Positions 49,091-63,129 of a stretch of 64,000 bases of DNA are shown piece by piece (the first letter of the stretch is position 1; each line of letters starts with the position of its first letter). The translations under genes and the position numbers were made by a program. The notes under the pieces are model-generated. The model did not search any database. It was not told the DNA's origin and was given only the letters and a program-made list of their open reading frames with translations. The stretch is from Takakia lepidozioides (lineage: Eukaryota > Plantae > Bryophyta), in assembly GCA_030704615.1 (NCBI GenBank), contig CM060731.1:75640001-75704000 (forward strand), given 5' to 3'.

Positions 49091-50371
49091 CATGCACGTT
49101 GATGGTTTAGAAAACAAGTGGTTCAACTAATTACTCAACAACTTATATAAAATTTGTTCACATCTATTCCGGCTATGATACAAGTAATAATTGTTTTTCG
49201 GATTTCCTCATCCAAGCGAATTGTTTTTGAAATATTCATATCAAACTATTGCAGAACGATTATTGGATATATTACTACTCAATAAGTTCATCGAAAAGAA
49301 TAAATTGGTTGTTTCAATATATGATTGCATATACATAAGTAATAATATACATTTCTAACTCATTCATCAAATTTCAATCTCTAAATCACATTACATTGTT
49401 GCTCATTTTGTTCATGTTTACAATATTCTTTAAACATTATTTCGTTAATGTACTACACATTCTCTATAACTAAATAAACATCCAACTTCATCTTAGTATA
49501 TCGATTTCAATTCTTCACAGATGGGCTTGGGAATAGGAGACGCACTTGGATACATAGAGGATTGTACTTGGACTTAGATGACAGTGGACACTTGGGCCAA
49601 CGGCACAAGCTACTCTAGTAATCTATGACAACATACAGATGGATGAATTGGAATATCAAGGATGTTTTCCATACAGTTAGTTATATATTTTGTCTGAATG
49701 GAAGTATATGGTTGGGAAATAGACATTTCATTGGAATGTAAATTAAATTTATTTTAAAAAAAAACAAAAAAAAACATGGGGTTTTCTTTTTTCTTGTAAA
49801 AAGAATAGATGTATGTATACAATCATTTGGAGAATCGTTTGATTGAGTAGGTGTATGATGATGAATCATTTGTTTGACAACATGTATCGTAGATGAGAAT
49901 AAATTTGAGCATGTGAGTATACTACAAAGTTTTAAAGGCAAACATAGATTAGAAGTTTGTTCCTAAGAACCAAACGTTTATTTTGATGGTTAAAAGGAGT
50001 TCGTCACAGCGAGTGTCGCACCCCCAAAAGCCAACATGGCTGAGATTTCTGAACGTCTGAGACACCCGAGACGGTAACGGAAGAATGTGAAGAAAGTCAA
50101 GATCAAAATGTGGAATTTAATCATGCCAAAAATTCCACACCAAGTCGTGTTCATGAAACACGATAAGTGTCACAATTTGCTGCATTATCTTTACATTTTG
50201 CCCAATGTCATAGTTGTTTTGATGACTTCCCTGACATCGCCAAGCCATCATCTTCGATTGGCGTCTCTCTTACTCACGCATATGCTTGAAGGTGTGAATT
50301 TGTGGTTGCAGTTCTTGGTGTGTACAATGGAATGTGGTTGTAAATAGGGATGTAGCTTATGAAGTTGGCAT

Positions 50372-50810
50372 CGAGTCCGTATCCAAACGCACGTTTTGCT
50401 AATGGTGGTGCCTATCCTCTAGATCTGAGCCTAATCACTAAGGCCCGGCATCACGGACATAATTACGTGTTTGCTTTGCTGACTAGGTACCGCGAACCCC
50501 TTGCTGGTGTCTCAATGAGAGAAGGATTGCACTACAATCCCTACTTTCCAGGTGCAATTGCCATGCCGAAGATGCTCACCGATAGCGGAGTCGAGTATGA
50601 GGATCAAACTCCTCCCACTGAGTCTCAGATGGCAAAGGATGTCACCTAAGTTGCGGAACCTGAGATGGACGAGCGCAAGCTCATCGGCTCAAAGTGGATC
50701 TTCGTGCTGACGTTGGTGTTGTTCTGGTTTTGTTTCAGGCTGGGTACTACAAGCGATGGAAATGGTCGCCCATCAAGTCTCGAAAACTGGTCTTAGATTT
50801 TGTCAACTAA
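50372..50810 (+). pseudogene. CYC1: Cytochrome c1 C-terminal half, intronless decayed copy
   Basis: [69 protein letters not shown]. Confidence 0.9.
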
Positions 50811-50899
50811 GAATATGATGAAACCCTGTAAGACTTTATTACAACATGTACAATGGGTGAACGTGCATAGGATGCTCAAGAAGTTTCCTAAAAGGGGGG

Positions 50900-51925
50900 G
50901 GGGGGGAGGAACAAGAAACAAGAGAAGAAAACAAAAAGCTATAGTAAGCTACTCAGCTAGAGAAGAAACAAAAGCTATAGAAAGCTACTCAACCAGCGAC
51001 GAAAACAGAAACTATAAGTAAGCTACTCAAGCAGAGCAACCCTCCCAGCCAACAGCCTGGAGGAGATCAAGCAAGGAGATAGACAAAGTGTCAGGCATAG
51101 GCGGAAGATGAGATGACGTGGAGCTAGCCACATCAGCCCGATGCAAAATAGATATGGCTTGTCCTCAGCAACTGAAACACGCAGTCCGTAGGAAATCGTC
51201 GAAGTGCTGGTGCAATGAGCCAAATATCTCGACCGCCAGCGGAAGAAATCTGTCGGTGGGGTGACGATCGCTGTAGTCGCGCTCCTTGGCCTGAGCTGCT
51301 CTAGTGGCTGACGTGCCTAGTGTTGGTAGCTGTGCGAGATAGCAAATCCCCTCAAGTGGGGTTGGCGAGAACGACATCCACTAGGGCACGCAAACCATCT
51401 CTAGATAGGACGATGTCAACACGACGACGTGTAGAGTGGGACGCGAGCGTAGTACATGATACCCTGCCTCCCGAGCAATAGATGCCACCGCATCGCAAAC
51501 CATATTATGAGACGCAGTGCGCTCACCACCACATGGACAGCGGATGAGATGGATGGCAAGGTCATCAATGGGCTGACAACGCTGAAGGCCCAATGCCGAA
51601 GGATGAGGCAAACCGAGTCAAAGGCGGAGCGCAATAGTGAAAATAGGGGATGAGAGGCGAAAAGGTGCGATAGTGGGTCGTACTGCCAACCATGCCCCTG
51701 CTCCGGGTCTTGCGCATGATAGAAGTCAGGCTTGATGCAACTCAGAAGAAACACTTGAGAGCATGCCGGAAAAGGAATGACGGTGCACGCGCTCGAAAAT
51801 GGACTCCTGACGATGGTCGAGGCCTTGAGCAACCACCTGCTCAAATGGTGGTAGACATGCTCTCACCGGTGCCGGAAGAAAATCTCGTGTGGAGCGGAGA
51901 TGCTTTTAAGCTCCCGACGAGATGA
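50900..51925 (-). mobile_element. 3' fragment of a non-LTR retrotransposon with restriction-like endonuclease (CRE-like)
   Basis: HLIRCPCGGERTASHN..RRVDIV..LVDVV..FLPLAVEIFG; short repeated 3' tail (GAGTAGCTT x3). Confidence 0.75.
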
Positions 51926-52143
51926 GGTTAAGGTCAAATGGGTAGGTCAGCTGCAGCATATATCCAACACCAGATATCCTAAGTTAATCGACTCTATATC
52001 TTGGAAACACGATTGCCCACCGACCTGTCAAACAGGTCAAGTCCTGGCAGAAGACAGTAGAAGAGATTCTCAAGGACCTGGACCTGGAACCGCAAGTCTT
52101 CACCCTGCTGGATAAATCTGACTTGGAGGCTATAGTGTCTAAC

Positions 52144-52620
52144 GAGGTTAGCTATTTCATGAGCATGAGCAGCATGAGCAGAGTAGCAAGACAATCGGTT
52201 TTCATGAGCAGAAGTACAAATTTTGGAAATAAAAAACATTAAAAAAATATTATTTTTAATGGAATGTGTCAGAAAAAAAAAAAAAAAAAAAAAAAACCAA
52301 TAAAATATTCATTGTTTGAAGTAAAAATTGTAGTTTTGAGAGCCGTGCTCATGATATTTTGTCTTCCGCTCATGCGAATTCCGAGCGACATCTGCAAAAA
52401 TGGTGCCGAATTTCGCGGTAATAGGTTCCGCAACCGGAGAAAGCTGCGACGTATTTCGCGGTAATAGGTGTCTCCGGCGAAAAATGGTGCCGAATTTCGC
52501 GGCTATAGGTCCCAACATGGCAGGTGTGTAAGCCCAAAATTTGGAAATGTGGCGCCGAATTTCGGTACATGGTGCCGGGGATTGCACAGATGTTGGGTAG
52601 TTCTTGGGCCATGTAACTGG
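52144..52620 (-). mobile_element. Isolated MULE-B right end
   Basis: Reverse complement of ~22268-22719 including the TIR GAGGTTAGCTATTTCATGAGC. Confidence 0.9.
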
Positions 52621-53119
52621 AGTGTCAAGTTAAATAAGCACAGTGTGAAACTAACTAGAATAAAGCTAGTTATTTGTATTTAACACTTGGATTTAGGTCA
52701 AGTGGTAAATCAGGTGTCAAGTTTAGTTTGACACTTGAACCGTCTTATCTTCACGAGAGCGTCAGTCGCGCAGCTCATCTCTCTCGAGTTGAGCCTGCAC
52801 GACCGAGCTCCTTCACCGTTTAGAAGCTGAGTGTGCTTATGATGGGAGGATAGGTTGTTGTGGGGTGGAGTCCCCATGGCTTGGGGTGCCCCTGGCTCGA
52901 CTTCTATTTTAAAGAGTGATGAGTGATGCTGTTGGTTTTCATGTTTCTTGTGTCAACAGTGTGTTATTAGCTTTTTTATCACTCGAGAGAGATCAGCTCT
53001 TACCTGTGAGTGCAAGGTAGGAGTTGAGGGTTAGCACTTGTATGATTACATGTGTGTAAGTAGTGCTTAGTTTGAGAAGCTTAAAAAAAAAAAAAAAAAA
53101 AAAAAAACATGCAGGTTTC

Positions 53120-53510
53120 GATCATCTCTGGTTTTTGGGTATATAGATGGTCCATGGAGGCAGGCTGCATGTCAAGCAGGGGCAAAGAACTGGTGTCTTT
53201 CCACTGGTAAGATAGCGTTGGTTCTGGCATAAGGCCGCAGGGGCAGGACGGAGCTATACTGCGGGGAAGCAGCCTTCGTTCTGGTCAGTAAGGGCATGAA
53301 CAGCTCACAGTGGGTGCGGCAAGCATTGGCGAAGCCAGAGCTGGTCAGACAAGTTCTTGATGTGAAACTGTTGAAGACCATAGGTATTGACAAGTAGCTA
53401 CTGCAGCTGATGGATGTGGCCATGCTTTGCACACACGAGGTGCCTGATAGACGCCCCTCCATGCAAGACATGCTAAAGGTGCTCATTGGAATCCAGCACC
53501 AGCAGCGGTA
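53120..53510 (+). pseudogene. Receptor-like kinase C-lobe remnant
   Basis: QWVRQAL..VLDVKL..VAMLCTHEVPDRRPSMQDMLKVL with internal stop and deletions. Confidence 0.7.
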
Positions 53511-56364
53511 AAGTGGGTTCTCGTTTCTTCCTCTGCTCGAGCTCCTTCGAGCAAAGAAAAAGCAGTGCCCCGACATTTGAATCGAAGACCAGTGTCTTGT
53601 ATCTCTCATGTCATGTTTCTTGAAACTGATTTTGTTTATGTGGCGAGCTTAGTGCTTGTGAACTGCGGGCTGCGTTTCCTACGCTTTATGTAAGAATAAG
53701 CAATCAACATAGGATACGGTTTCAGAGGCGCAGCTATGTGATTCAGGAAAACAGATCTCTCTCTGTCGAATGAAGTTCCCGTGGAGGGGGTGAGCACGAC
53801 AGGCTGTTGGGGGTCGGATGAGAGAGACGGCGATCATTAGCATCAAGCTGGCTGGACATGGTAGTGTGGACACAAGTAGTGGAAGTACTTCACGGACATG
53901 GTTTCCTGCTCCACAACAGACGTCCATGAAAGGAAACACAAAAAGCCAGAGAGGGATTGCGCACCACGTGCACTTCAAGTGTCCTACTCCAGGTTTGCAA
54001 AAACAAGTGTTCCTGACTGTGCACCACATTTGTTGACAGTAAGTGTGCTGTTCAATCGGACCTCGTCCTTTTGGAGGTGTGCAGGATAATACAGTTAATC
54101 TCCCACATCGTGATAGTTCAGCTGAAGGTGTTCAAGAGCTGTTGAAGAAGGGGGACGAAGCTCACGTTGACTAAAATGCGCAAGGTGTTCCAGCTCTAGG
54201 GAAGGTTTTGACCATGACGATTTGAGAAAGAAGATTTGTAGCTAGGACATACCCGTATGTGCCTGGTTGGGTGATCTGCACAAGTCAGAGCCATTGCAAG
54301 TGAGTCCGGAAGATAGGGCTTCCAATGCTCCAGATGCAGACCTCCTTCCTCCACTTTGTCTTCCGGGAAAGGCTAACACGGATTTCACAGATGGAATTGC
54401 CAGTGAAGAAGGCGTGCCTTTGGTTGGATCGCCTTCTCTCGATGTTCCCACACCGGACCAAGGGCTAGCGGAATAGAGGCAGCGGCTGGGGAGGGCTGAG
54501 CAGGTAGACATTATCCTCCATCTACCCCATTCCCTTCGCAGACATCCACCGTCGACCCGCCTTGCTTTGAGGGTGCTTGAGGATAAGCAAAATGGCAGAA
54601 CCACCCCTCACTTCTCTTCCAGCAGAACCAGGAGCTGGTAGGAGCTGACGGGCATCTCTGCTGCATGGCTTTGGAGATTGACGAGCATGCAAGCTGCTCA
54701 TGTGCAACCCTTTGATTAGGTCTTTGATCGGCCGAATCGGCCAACACCCCGCACCACCTCCTTGTTCCTGCTTGCTCGCGCAGGCTTGGCCATCGCTGCC
54801 CTCGTCTGCGTCCGCCTTGCCTCTCTCCCCTGAGCATACTGAGTTCGTGATTAATGTGAGGCCATTTCTTTCATGACCACTTGGCCTTGCGGTTTATGAG
54901 TCCAAGGAATTCTTAGGGAACCTGCAGTGAAAAAAAAAAAAACGTGGGAACAGTTTTTAATGGCGAGAACGTTTTGGGTGTGAAAAATTAAAAGAAATTC
55001 GTTCTTTGATCTAATTTAAATTAGATAGAGCCTGTTTGGCCATAACTTTGGCCTACCAAGGCCGTTTGACCCAAGACTTGCGCAGGGACCTACAGAAAGG
55101 GGAAATCTACCTATCTAGACCTGGTTTTTGTTTTTGGGACCTTGCTAAAAATCTATGGAATTTTTTGAGTGTGAGTGTGCCATGAAAGATCCACAATTCT
55201 GTTTCTAGAACCTGTTCTGGTCTATATGAGAGACAAATCTGTGGATGTCCTCCTTGTATGGCTGGGGGAAATGAGGACGAAATTGAAGGGCAGGTCTCTT
55301 CTCTTAGAGTGTGCACCCAAGGGGACAAGATTTATGTTTCCCAAGGAACTCAGATTTGAGTGGAGAACAGTTGGACGAGTTGATTGCATACTGGGCAAGT
55401 CGGGGGGCATTAGCAGTAGACAACAAACTGCTGTAGTTGGCGTTGAGGGCCTCAATATTACTTTGGACAGTCAGAACTCTGTTGGAGCCAGCAGTTCTGC
55501 AGCTGTAGGTGAAATACCAAAGTGGGTGAAAACTAGGCTTGGAACACAGCCAAAGACAGCCCCGGGGACCAAGGTGTTCAGCCACAAGGCCGTGGTGTAC
55601 TGGAGCAAAGGAGCAGGAGCTACACAAGTTTGTGCAATCAGACATGGTTGCAGCCGGACACGCTCTGCACAAGGCAACCACGAGCGGGGGTTCATTAACA
55701 ATGACAAGTTTGTTTTGCTTGAAGGAGATGCAGTCATTCGCAATGAGGACACCCGCAACCGTCTCAAAGCTTTCGAGTTGAGAGACTATCAGACCCTACC
55801 TTTGTTTTCTTTAGTGTTCAGTGAGCGGGAGATATGGGAGTATTGCTTTGTCTCTACCTGGCAGAAAGAGGAGGAGGGTTGGTTAGAGCGAGCTACTGTA
55901 GCTTGGGACAAGGTTAGTGGCAGGTTTCTGGACATAGATATACCGCCTACACCTTACCATCATGTAGAGCGAGGCACTTTGAGAGAAGTCTGGCAGTTGA
56001 TAGCATAGATCAGGATCTTGCTTGGTCGGGCTTCTATTCTTCCCCTCCATCTCTTTACTATTTTCATTACTTTGTACCTGTAGTTGCCAAAGCCTCTCTT
56101 GGTGGAGGCCAGTCAGTCTGGGGTTTTGGGCTGGGATATTCTGCAGGATAAGCATTGCAGATGGATTTTGGTGTGGGGGTGTTGATGTTTTGATTTCTTG
56201 TGTTTGGATCCCCCCCAACACCTGCATGCTTGACTGTGCGCCATATTGGTTTTGTGTGGGCGCTTGCTTTCATAGGGATTAGGCCGGATTTGATCACCGG
56301 TCAATCCTAGAGTATGTTGTCGGTGGTGAGGCTGGAGTGATGACCAGCAAGACCACTAGTGTTG

Positions 56365-57085
56365 AGCATCACGAGTTCCTGAGCCACGAGGTGCAAAGGT
56401 GGAATTGGATCCACAGAGTGGGGAGGCAAGCCGTTAGGCGAGGCTTCCTCAGTCATTCACATTGGCGGAGACTGTGTCGACGCCATCCATGACACCTAGT
56501 TCTCGCCCGACTGTTACCAAGGCGGAGGTTATTATGCCATTGGGGAGAGCTACACGTGCAACACTGACACCTGCTGCCAAGGCTAGTGCAGCAGGGGTGT
56601 TGTTGGGGGCAGCCACCTCTGTGTGTCAAGCCCCACTGTTCTCGGCAACCATGATTGCGGCGCCGGGGATAAGACCAGCTGCAGTGTTCAGACTAGCAGC
56701 AACACTCTGTGAGAGTGGGGAGGTCACTTTATCTTCTACGGAGTTAGTGGAAGGTGTAGTGGTAGAGGGATCCTCGGATTTGAGGGTCAAGACTGCCACG
56801 GCTGCGCCATGGCAAGCTGCAGCTGCCAGGTTGACGGAGCTGCCAGCTAGACCAACCTTTGAGCGCGCCATGGTGACACCTGGAGTTGTCTTGTTAGACA
56901 ACCAGGATGGCATTTTCTCTTTGAGTGGACCGGCAGGCAAGAAGTACTGGCCACTCCGGGTCTTGTTGGACTCGGGAGCTCAGCCACTGATGTTGGGGAG
57001 AGCTGCTATTGCAGGTTTGGGCCTCATGGAGGCGGATATGGAGGCGGATATGGAGCCTTGTCCTTTCCAGATACAGACATCTCTG
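56365..57085 (+). mobile_element. Second DNMT/PHD Gypsy copy, protease region
   Basis: ORF 56462-57100 near-identical to 34560-35260 (VLLDSGAQPLMLG). Confidence 0.9.
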
Positions 57086-60000
57086 GGCCCTTTGCCTTGA
57101 GGGCAGGGGGTCGGGACACATGAGGGGCTGCCCCTGTGGTGGGGGCAGCGGCAGCGATAGGTATGGGGAGGCTGAAGCACCCTTGAATGCCCAAGGCACT
57201 CAGGGAAGCGGAGCCGCTCACTAGGTGGAGCCCCGCACACCGGGTTGCGGTGGGGGTGGCATAGGACTCACCATGGGGGCGGAGACCTCGTGGTGGGAGT
57301 CGTGGGGAGTCTTGGGACTCATCACGGTCCATAGGGGCCGTGGTGAGCGGGCCAAGACTCACCGCGACTCACCACCGGGAATCGAGGGTCTTCGTGGTGG
57401 TTCGCCATAAAATGGCATGGGTTGTGAAACCCCCGCGGACAGCTACAGAAGTATATATAGGGAGTAGTAACCCCGAGAACGGTGCAAGCCCGTTGGTGAC
57501 CAAAAACTAGTGAGTAAGCGAGCGAGCCGGAAAGCGACCAAAGAGTGGGGAGCTGTTCCGGACTGCCATCTACCAAAGGGAATTCCACTAGGCCCAAATA
57601 GGTGGAGGGTCTTTCGGGAGATCAAAGGGGGACCGTTATATCCCGGTGAGCAGCCGAAGCTCCAAGTTGGCCCGGCGGCCGGTTAGGAGTCAGGCGCGCG
57701 CATCAAAGCGAGTAACTATGACTTGAGGGGGAGCTTACCGAAGTGAGGTGCGCGACATTTGGTATCAGAGCTTAGAGTTCAGTACGCGATCGTCCTTGGG
57801 ATTGGCCTCATCATGGGGTCGGGCAAGCCGAAGCGAAAGCGGAACGGCCCAAAAGATGATGATCCGGTGAGCCCGATGGGGGCGGCGTGTCACCGAGGCG
57901 GCCGTTTGAGGAAGCGATGCATGTTTCCGAAAACGAGGCCGCCCAAGAGCGGGAGGAATCCGAGGAGTCGGAGCCCGAGGAATCCTTGAGAGCTCCGACA
58001 AACCAAGAAATGCCTCCCATGCCGGCAGCCTTTTGGGAAGGGTTGTTGGCGCAGTTTGGCGGAACGTTGAAAGACATGTTGAAGGCGGCTAATGCCACTT
58101 CCACTAAGGCAAAGTTTAAGGTGAAGCCTAAGGAACCCGGCACCTTTGAGGGCGTCCGAAATCGGAAGGCACTCAACACCTGGCTCTTGGAGCTGGAGCA
58201 GTACTTCCGGGCGGCCAAGTTGAGTGACGAGGATCGCGTGGAAGTGGCTCCCACCTATTTGAGGGGCTATGCTCAACAATGGTGGCAGAAACGCCTTCAC
58301 GACGAGGTCCAAGTCCGGAAACCTTGAAAAGGAATTGTTGAAAAGACAGTTTATGCCCCTCAACGCCTGGCTGGCCGTGACAAGATGAGGAAGAAGCAAA
58401 CAGATGACATTCGGGGTATGTCCAGGCTTTCAATGTGCTTGCTCGAAGTCGCGGACATGGCAGAACCAGAAATGGTTTCAACTGGCCCCATGGGCCAGGC
58501 GGAAGGGAAGCCTTTGAACGAGGCAATTGAGAGGGCTGAATGCTCGGATGTCCCTAGGGTGAAAGACAAGGCCGTACGCTGAACCACAAGAAGATTCGGC
58601 GGGAAGGTGACTCCTTCCGACCGGAAAAGAAGTGGGATAGTGGAGGAGGCACACGAGCCCCAGTTTGCTTTACATTAGAGAAGTGAAAGGAGAAGCGATG
58701 GGGAGCCGAGCCCAGATTGGATCAAGGGATTTTGGAGAAATACCAGGATGTGATGCCGGAGGATTTACCAAGCGGCTTGCCACCGCGAAGAGGAGTTGAC
58801 CACAAGATTGAGGTGATACCGGGATCGAACCGCCTGCCAAGGCGCCCTACCGGTTGAGCCACAGAGAGTTGGTCGAGCTGAAGACTCAGCTCAAGGATCT
58901 AATGTCAAAGGGGTACATCCGGCCGAGTAAGTCACCTTATGGAGCCCCGGTGCTATTTGCAGACAAGAAGGATGGGACGCTGCGGATGTGTGTCGATTAC
59001 AGGGCTCTGAATAAGGTGACTATCAAAAACCGGTACCCTTTGCCAAGGATCGACGACCTCTTCGATCGGTTGGCAGGGAGCGAAGTATTTCAGCCGGATC
59101 GACTTGCGCTCCGGCTATCACCAAATTCGGGTGGCGGAAGGAGATGAGGAGAAGACCGCGTGCAGGACAAGGTATGGTTCATATGAGTTCTTGGTGATGC
59201 CTTTTGGGCTCACCAATGCACCAGCGACATTTAGCACGCTGATGAACAGCCTTTTCCAGGAGTGGTTGGATGACTTTGTGATCGTGTACATCGACGACAT
59301 CTTGGTGTACTCGAAAACAAAGGAGGAGCACCTGGAGCACCTCAAAAAGGTGTTCCAAAAATTGCGGGAAGGGAAGCTGTATGCCAAAGCTTCAAAGTGC
59401 GAATTCGGGGTCACAAAAGTGGAGTTCCTGGGGCATGTGATTACACAGGATGGGATCAAAATGGATGACAGAAAGGTGAGGGCGATCTTGGACTGGGAGC
59501 CTCCGACTTCGGTCCCGGGAGTGCGATCCTTCCTAGGACTCGCCTCCTATTACCGGAAGTATGTGAGAAATTTCGCCAAGATCGCGGGGCCGCTGTCGGA
59601 CCTTCTGTGTAAATCCAAAGTCTGGGTATGGAACACATTTTGTGGCCAAGCTTTTGCTGAATTGAAGCAGCGGATGACGGAAGCTCCAGTCTTGAAAATC
59701 CCGGAGTTCGATCGTCCGTTTGAGATTCATACAGATGCATCGGACTTCGCGATTGGGGGTGTTCTTATGCAAGATGGACGTCCAGTGGCTTACGAAAGTA
59801 AGAAACTGAATGAAGTGGAGCGACGGTGGCCGACGGAAAAAGAGATGAAGGCGGTGGTGCATTGCCTTGAGCTCTGGCGCCACTATGTTGGTTCCAACCC
59901 AGTGAAGGTGTTCACGGACAATGTCACGGTGAAGTATTTTGCCACGCAGCCCAAGTTGTCCCCAAAACAACTTAGGTGGCAAGATACTTTGGCAGTGTTC

Positions 60001-63000
60001 GACGTGGATATCCAGTACAAACCGGGACGGGACAATGTGGTGGCCGATGCTTGGTGTACAAGGGCCAAAGGAAGATCCGGAAGGCTTGCCGGAAGGATGA
60101 GCTGGCGAAGTCCGTGATGCAGGACTTGAGGATGGGGGTTAAATCGCAGTTCCACTTGCAAAATGGACTGCTCCGGTATAAGCAAAAGCGTCTCTACGTG
60201 CCGAGGGAGGGATCAGGGATAGTCTCTTGAGAGAATGCCATGATAGCCCGCTTGCGGGCCACAGCGGAGCCAAGCGCACTGCGGCACTCTTGAAGAAAGA
60301 GTATTTCTGGCCCAAACTGAGGGAGGAGGCAGAGGAGTATGTCAAGACATGCACCACATGCCAACAAAACCGGAGCGAGTACAAAAGCAAGGGGGCTGTT
60401 ACAACCCTTGCCGATTCCAGAGGGGACTTGGGAAAGCGTCTCGATGGATTTCATGACTGCTATGCCGCTGTCAAAAGGATTCGATGCAATCATGGTGGTG
60501 GTAGATAGGTTCAGTAAAATGGGCCATTTCATCCCCACCAAGGAGACGGCAACGGCGCAGGAGACAGGGCGACTTTACTTCGCCCACGTCTTAAAGCATC
60601 ATGGAGTCCCGAAGGATATTGTCTCGGACCGCGATCCAAAGTTTACGAGTAAATTTTGGAGAGCACTTTGGAAGAAGATGGGGACGAGGCTGAAGATGAG
60701 CACCGCCTTCCGACCTACGACGGACGGCCAAACGGAAAGAGTGAATTCCGTAGTGAAGCAATTCTTGCGGAATTACGTGTCGGCAGACCAATCAGACTGG
60801 ATGGAACACTTAGACGCGGCAGAGTTCTGTTATAATAACACAGAACACTCCGCAACGGGAGTTTCCCCTTTTCGTATTGGTCTATGGAAAAGCACCTCTG
60901 GTGCCGACAAGTTGGGCCGCCCAGGACGTTGAGGAACCGGCAGTAGCGGCGGTACTGGAAGAACGCGAGCGTTTGTTGAAGCTCGCAAAGTACAATATTG
61001 CCAAAGCTAGGAAACGGTATGAAAGGCAGGCGAATCGGAAGCGGAGGGAAGTGAAGTTTGAGGCAGGCACAGAGGTCTGGTTGAACATCAAGAATTTCCG
61101 ACTACCTCCGGAAGTGAGTCCGAAGTTCGTACCTCCGTATGCGGGACCCTTTCGCATTCGGAAGGTTATGAATGAGGATGTGTATGAATTGGAGCTGCCG
61201 GCAAACAGCAAGGTGCACCCAGTATTCCATGTCTCCCTTTTGAAGCCTTACTTCAAAGATGAAGCGCGTCCGAATCGGCATCAAGTGTTGCGTCCGCCAC
61301 CTATGCTGTTGGATCATGAAAATGAACCTGAGTACGAGGTGGAGGCAATACTTAAGTCGAGGAGGTTCAGAACCGAGAAACGGAGTATCTCGTCAAATGG
61401 AAGGGCTATCATCATGTGGAGGCATCTTGGGTGCGTGCCTCAGAAATGGGAAACGCATCCGAGGCGGTTGCAGCTTTCGAAGGGCGACCTCAAAAGCGGA
61501 AGAAGCGTTGATGGGGACATCAACCTTGGAGCGTGGGGGAGGAAATGCATGCTTAGCCCGGTTTAGCTAGCTCAGGAATCCGATTGCAAAAACTTGTATT
61601 GTACAAAAATTTGTTATAAAGGAAATGGGTTCCAAATATTGTGCGTCCTATTGTGTTTGGAATGGTGATGCATGGTGTGGTTGGCTAGTGTGTAGAATGC
61701 ATGCTAGCTTACAAAAGTGGGAGAGGTAAATTGGGTTAATCGTGTGTTTGCGCAGTGCCGAAATCGGGTGACTCCCATCCAAGGGGCAAGGAAACTTGCG
61801 CCTTCTTTGGGAGTTCACGTGCTAGTGCGCACCTGGCGCGTGCGCGTACTATAACTGCGCTACCGAGGGGGTTGCCTTGTAGTGCGGGCTAACGCGGAAG
61901 CTACGTGCTTCCGTTCACGTACTATAATCGTGTAGCCTCGGGACGAAGTCGTAGTGCGGCTTCGGCGTGTTCCCGTACCTCAGGCCAGCATTCCAAGGCG
62001 GACCCAATTGTAGTGATTGGGGCGCACGGTTGGTTCAAGGTTATCTTCCTAGTCAAAGAGGGTTCCAGGTGAACCCTTGCTCAAGGTGATGCCAAAGCGG
62101 CATCATGAGCGATCGCAAGCAATGTTGTTGCAGTAAGGCGATTCGATCCTCGGGGAGGATCGTTCCTTGGCCTTGAAGTAGGCCAAAAGAGTGCACTGGG
62201 AGGAGCTGGAGAGGCTCCACCCTTGGCCGGGACTTGGAGGAAGTCGGCCGAACTAGCTAGTGGAGAGTAGAGTCAAGTGTGGGGTTTGGTTCTTTGCCAT
62301 GGGACGCCATGGTACGGAAACAAACTCCTTGATGTGGGACGCCACAACTTGGATGTTCGTTTCTACAAAATGGACAAGTCGATGAGGACATCGACTCCCT
62401 GTTGGTAGGGGTGTGTGTCGCGGCCCTTTGCCTTGAGGGCAGGGGGTCGGGACACATGAGGGGCTGCCCTGTGGGGGGGGCAGCGGCAGCGATAGGTATG
62501 GGGGGCTGAAGCACCTTGAGTGCCCAAGGCACTCAGGGAAGCGGAGGCGCTCACTAGGTGGAGCCCCGCACACCGGGTTGCGGTGGGGGTGGCTCCACAA
62601 GGGGTGGTGGTAGCTTAGTGGGACTTAGTGGGGGTGGCATAGGACTCACCATGGGGGCGGAGACCTCGTGGTGGGAGTCGTGGGGAGTCTTGGGACTCAT
62701 CACGGTCCATAGGGGCCGTGGTGAGCGGGCCAAGACTCACCGCGACTCCCACCGGGAATCGAGGGTTTTCGTGGTGGTTCGCCATAAAATGGCATGGCTG
62801 GTTGTGAAAACCCCCGGACAGCTACAGAAGTATATATAGGGAGTAGTAACCCCGAGAACGGTGCAAGCCCGTTGGTGACCAAAAACTAGTGAGTAAGCGA
62901 GCGAGCCGGAAAGCGACCAAAGAGTGGGGAGCTGTTCCGGACTGCCATCTACCAAAGGGAATTCCACTAGGCCCAAATAGGTGGAGGGTCTTTGGGAAGC

Positions 63001-63126
63001 GAAGGGGACCGTTATGTCCCGGTGAGCAGCCGAAGCTCCAGTTGCCCGGCGGCCAGGTTGGGAGTCAGGCGCGCGCATCAAAGCGAGTAACTATGACTTG
63101 GGGGAGTTACCGAAGTGGTGCGCGCA
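57086..63126 (+). mobile_element. Chromoviral Ty3/Gypsy with both LTRs (57086-57757, 62416-63126), tRNA-iMet PBS, gag, RT, RH, INT, chromodomain; protease apparently deleted
   Basis: PBS TGGTATCAGAGC at 57760; YIDD; TDASDFAIG; SMDF/SDRD/TDGQTER; EYEVEAIL..YLVKWKGY..SW; PPT ~62403-62415. Confidence 0.95.
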
Positions 63127-63129
63127 CGA

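Noticed and set aside
51930-52143. RTE-like LINE C-terminal fragment
   Set aside because: Only a weak WVGQL..RYPK..W resemblance over ~60 codons.
22719-52144. One giant MULE bounded by these two TIRs
   Set aside because: Both are the same (right) end, facing the wrong way, with no shared TSD.
55175-56008. 277-aa ORF
   Set aside because: No recognisable motif on either strand; cannot be assigned without a search.
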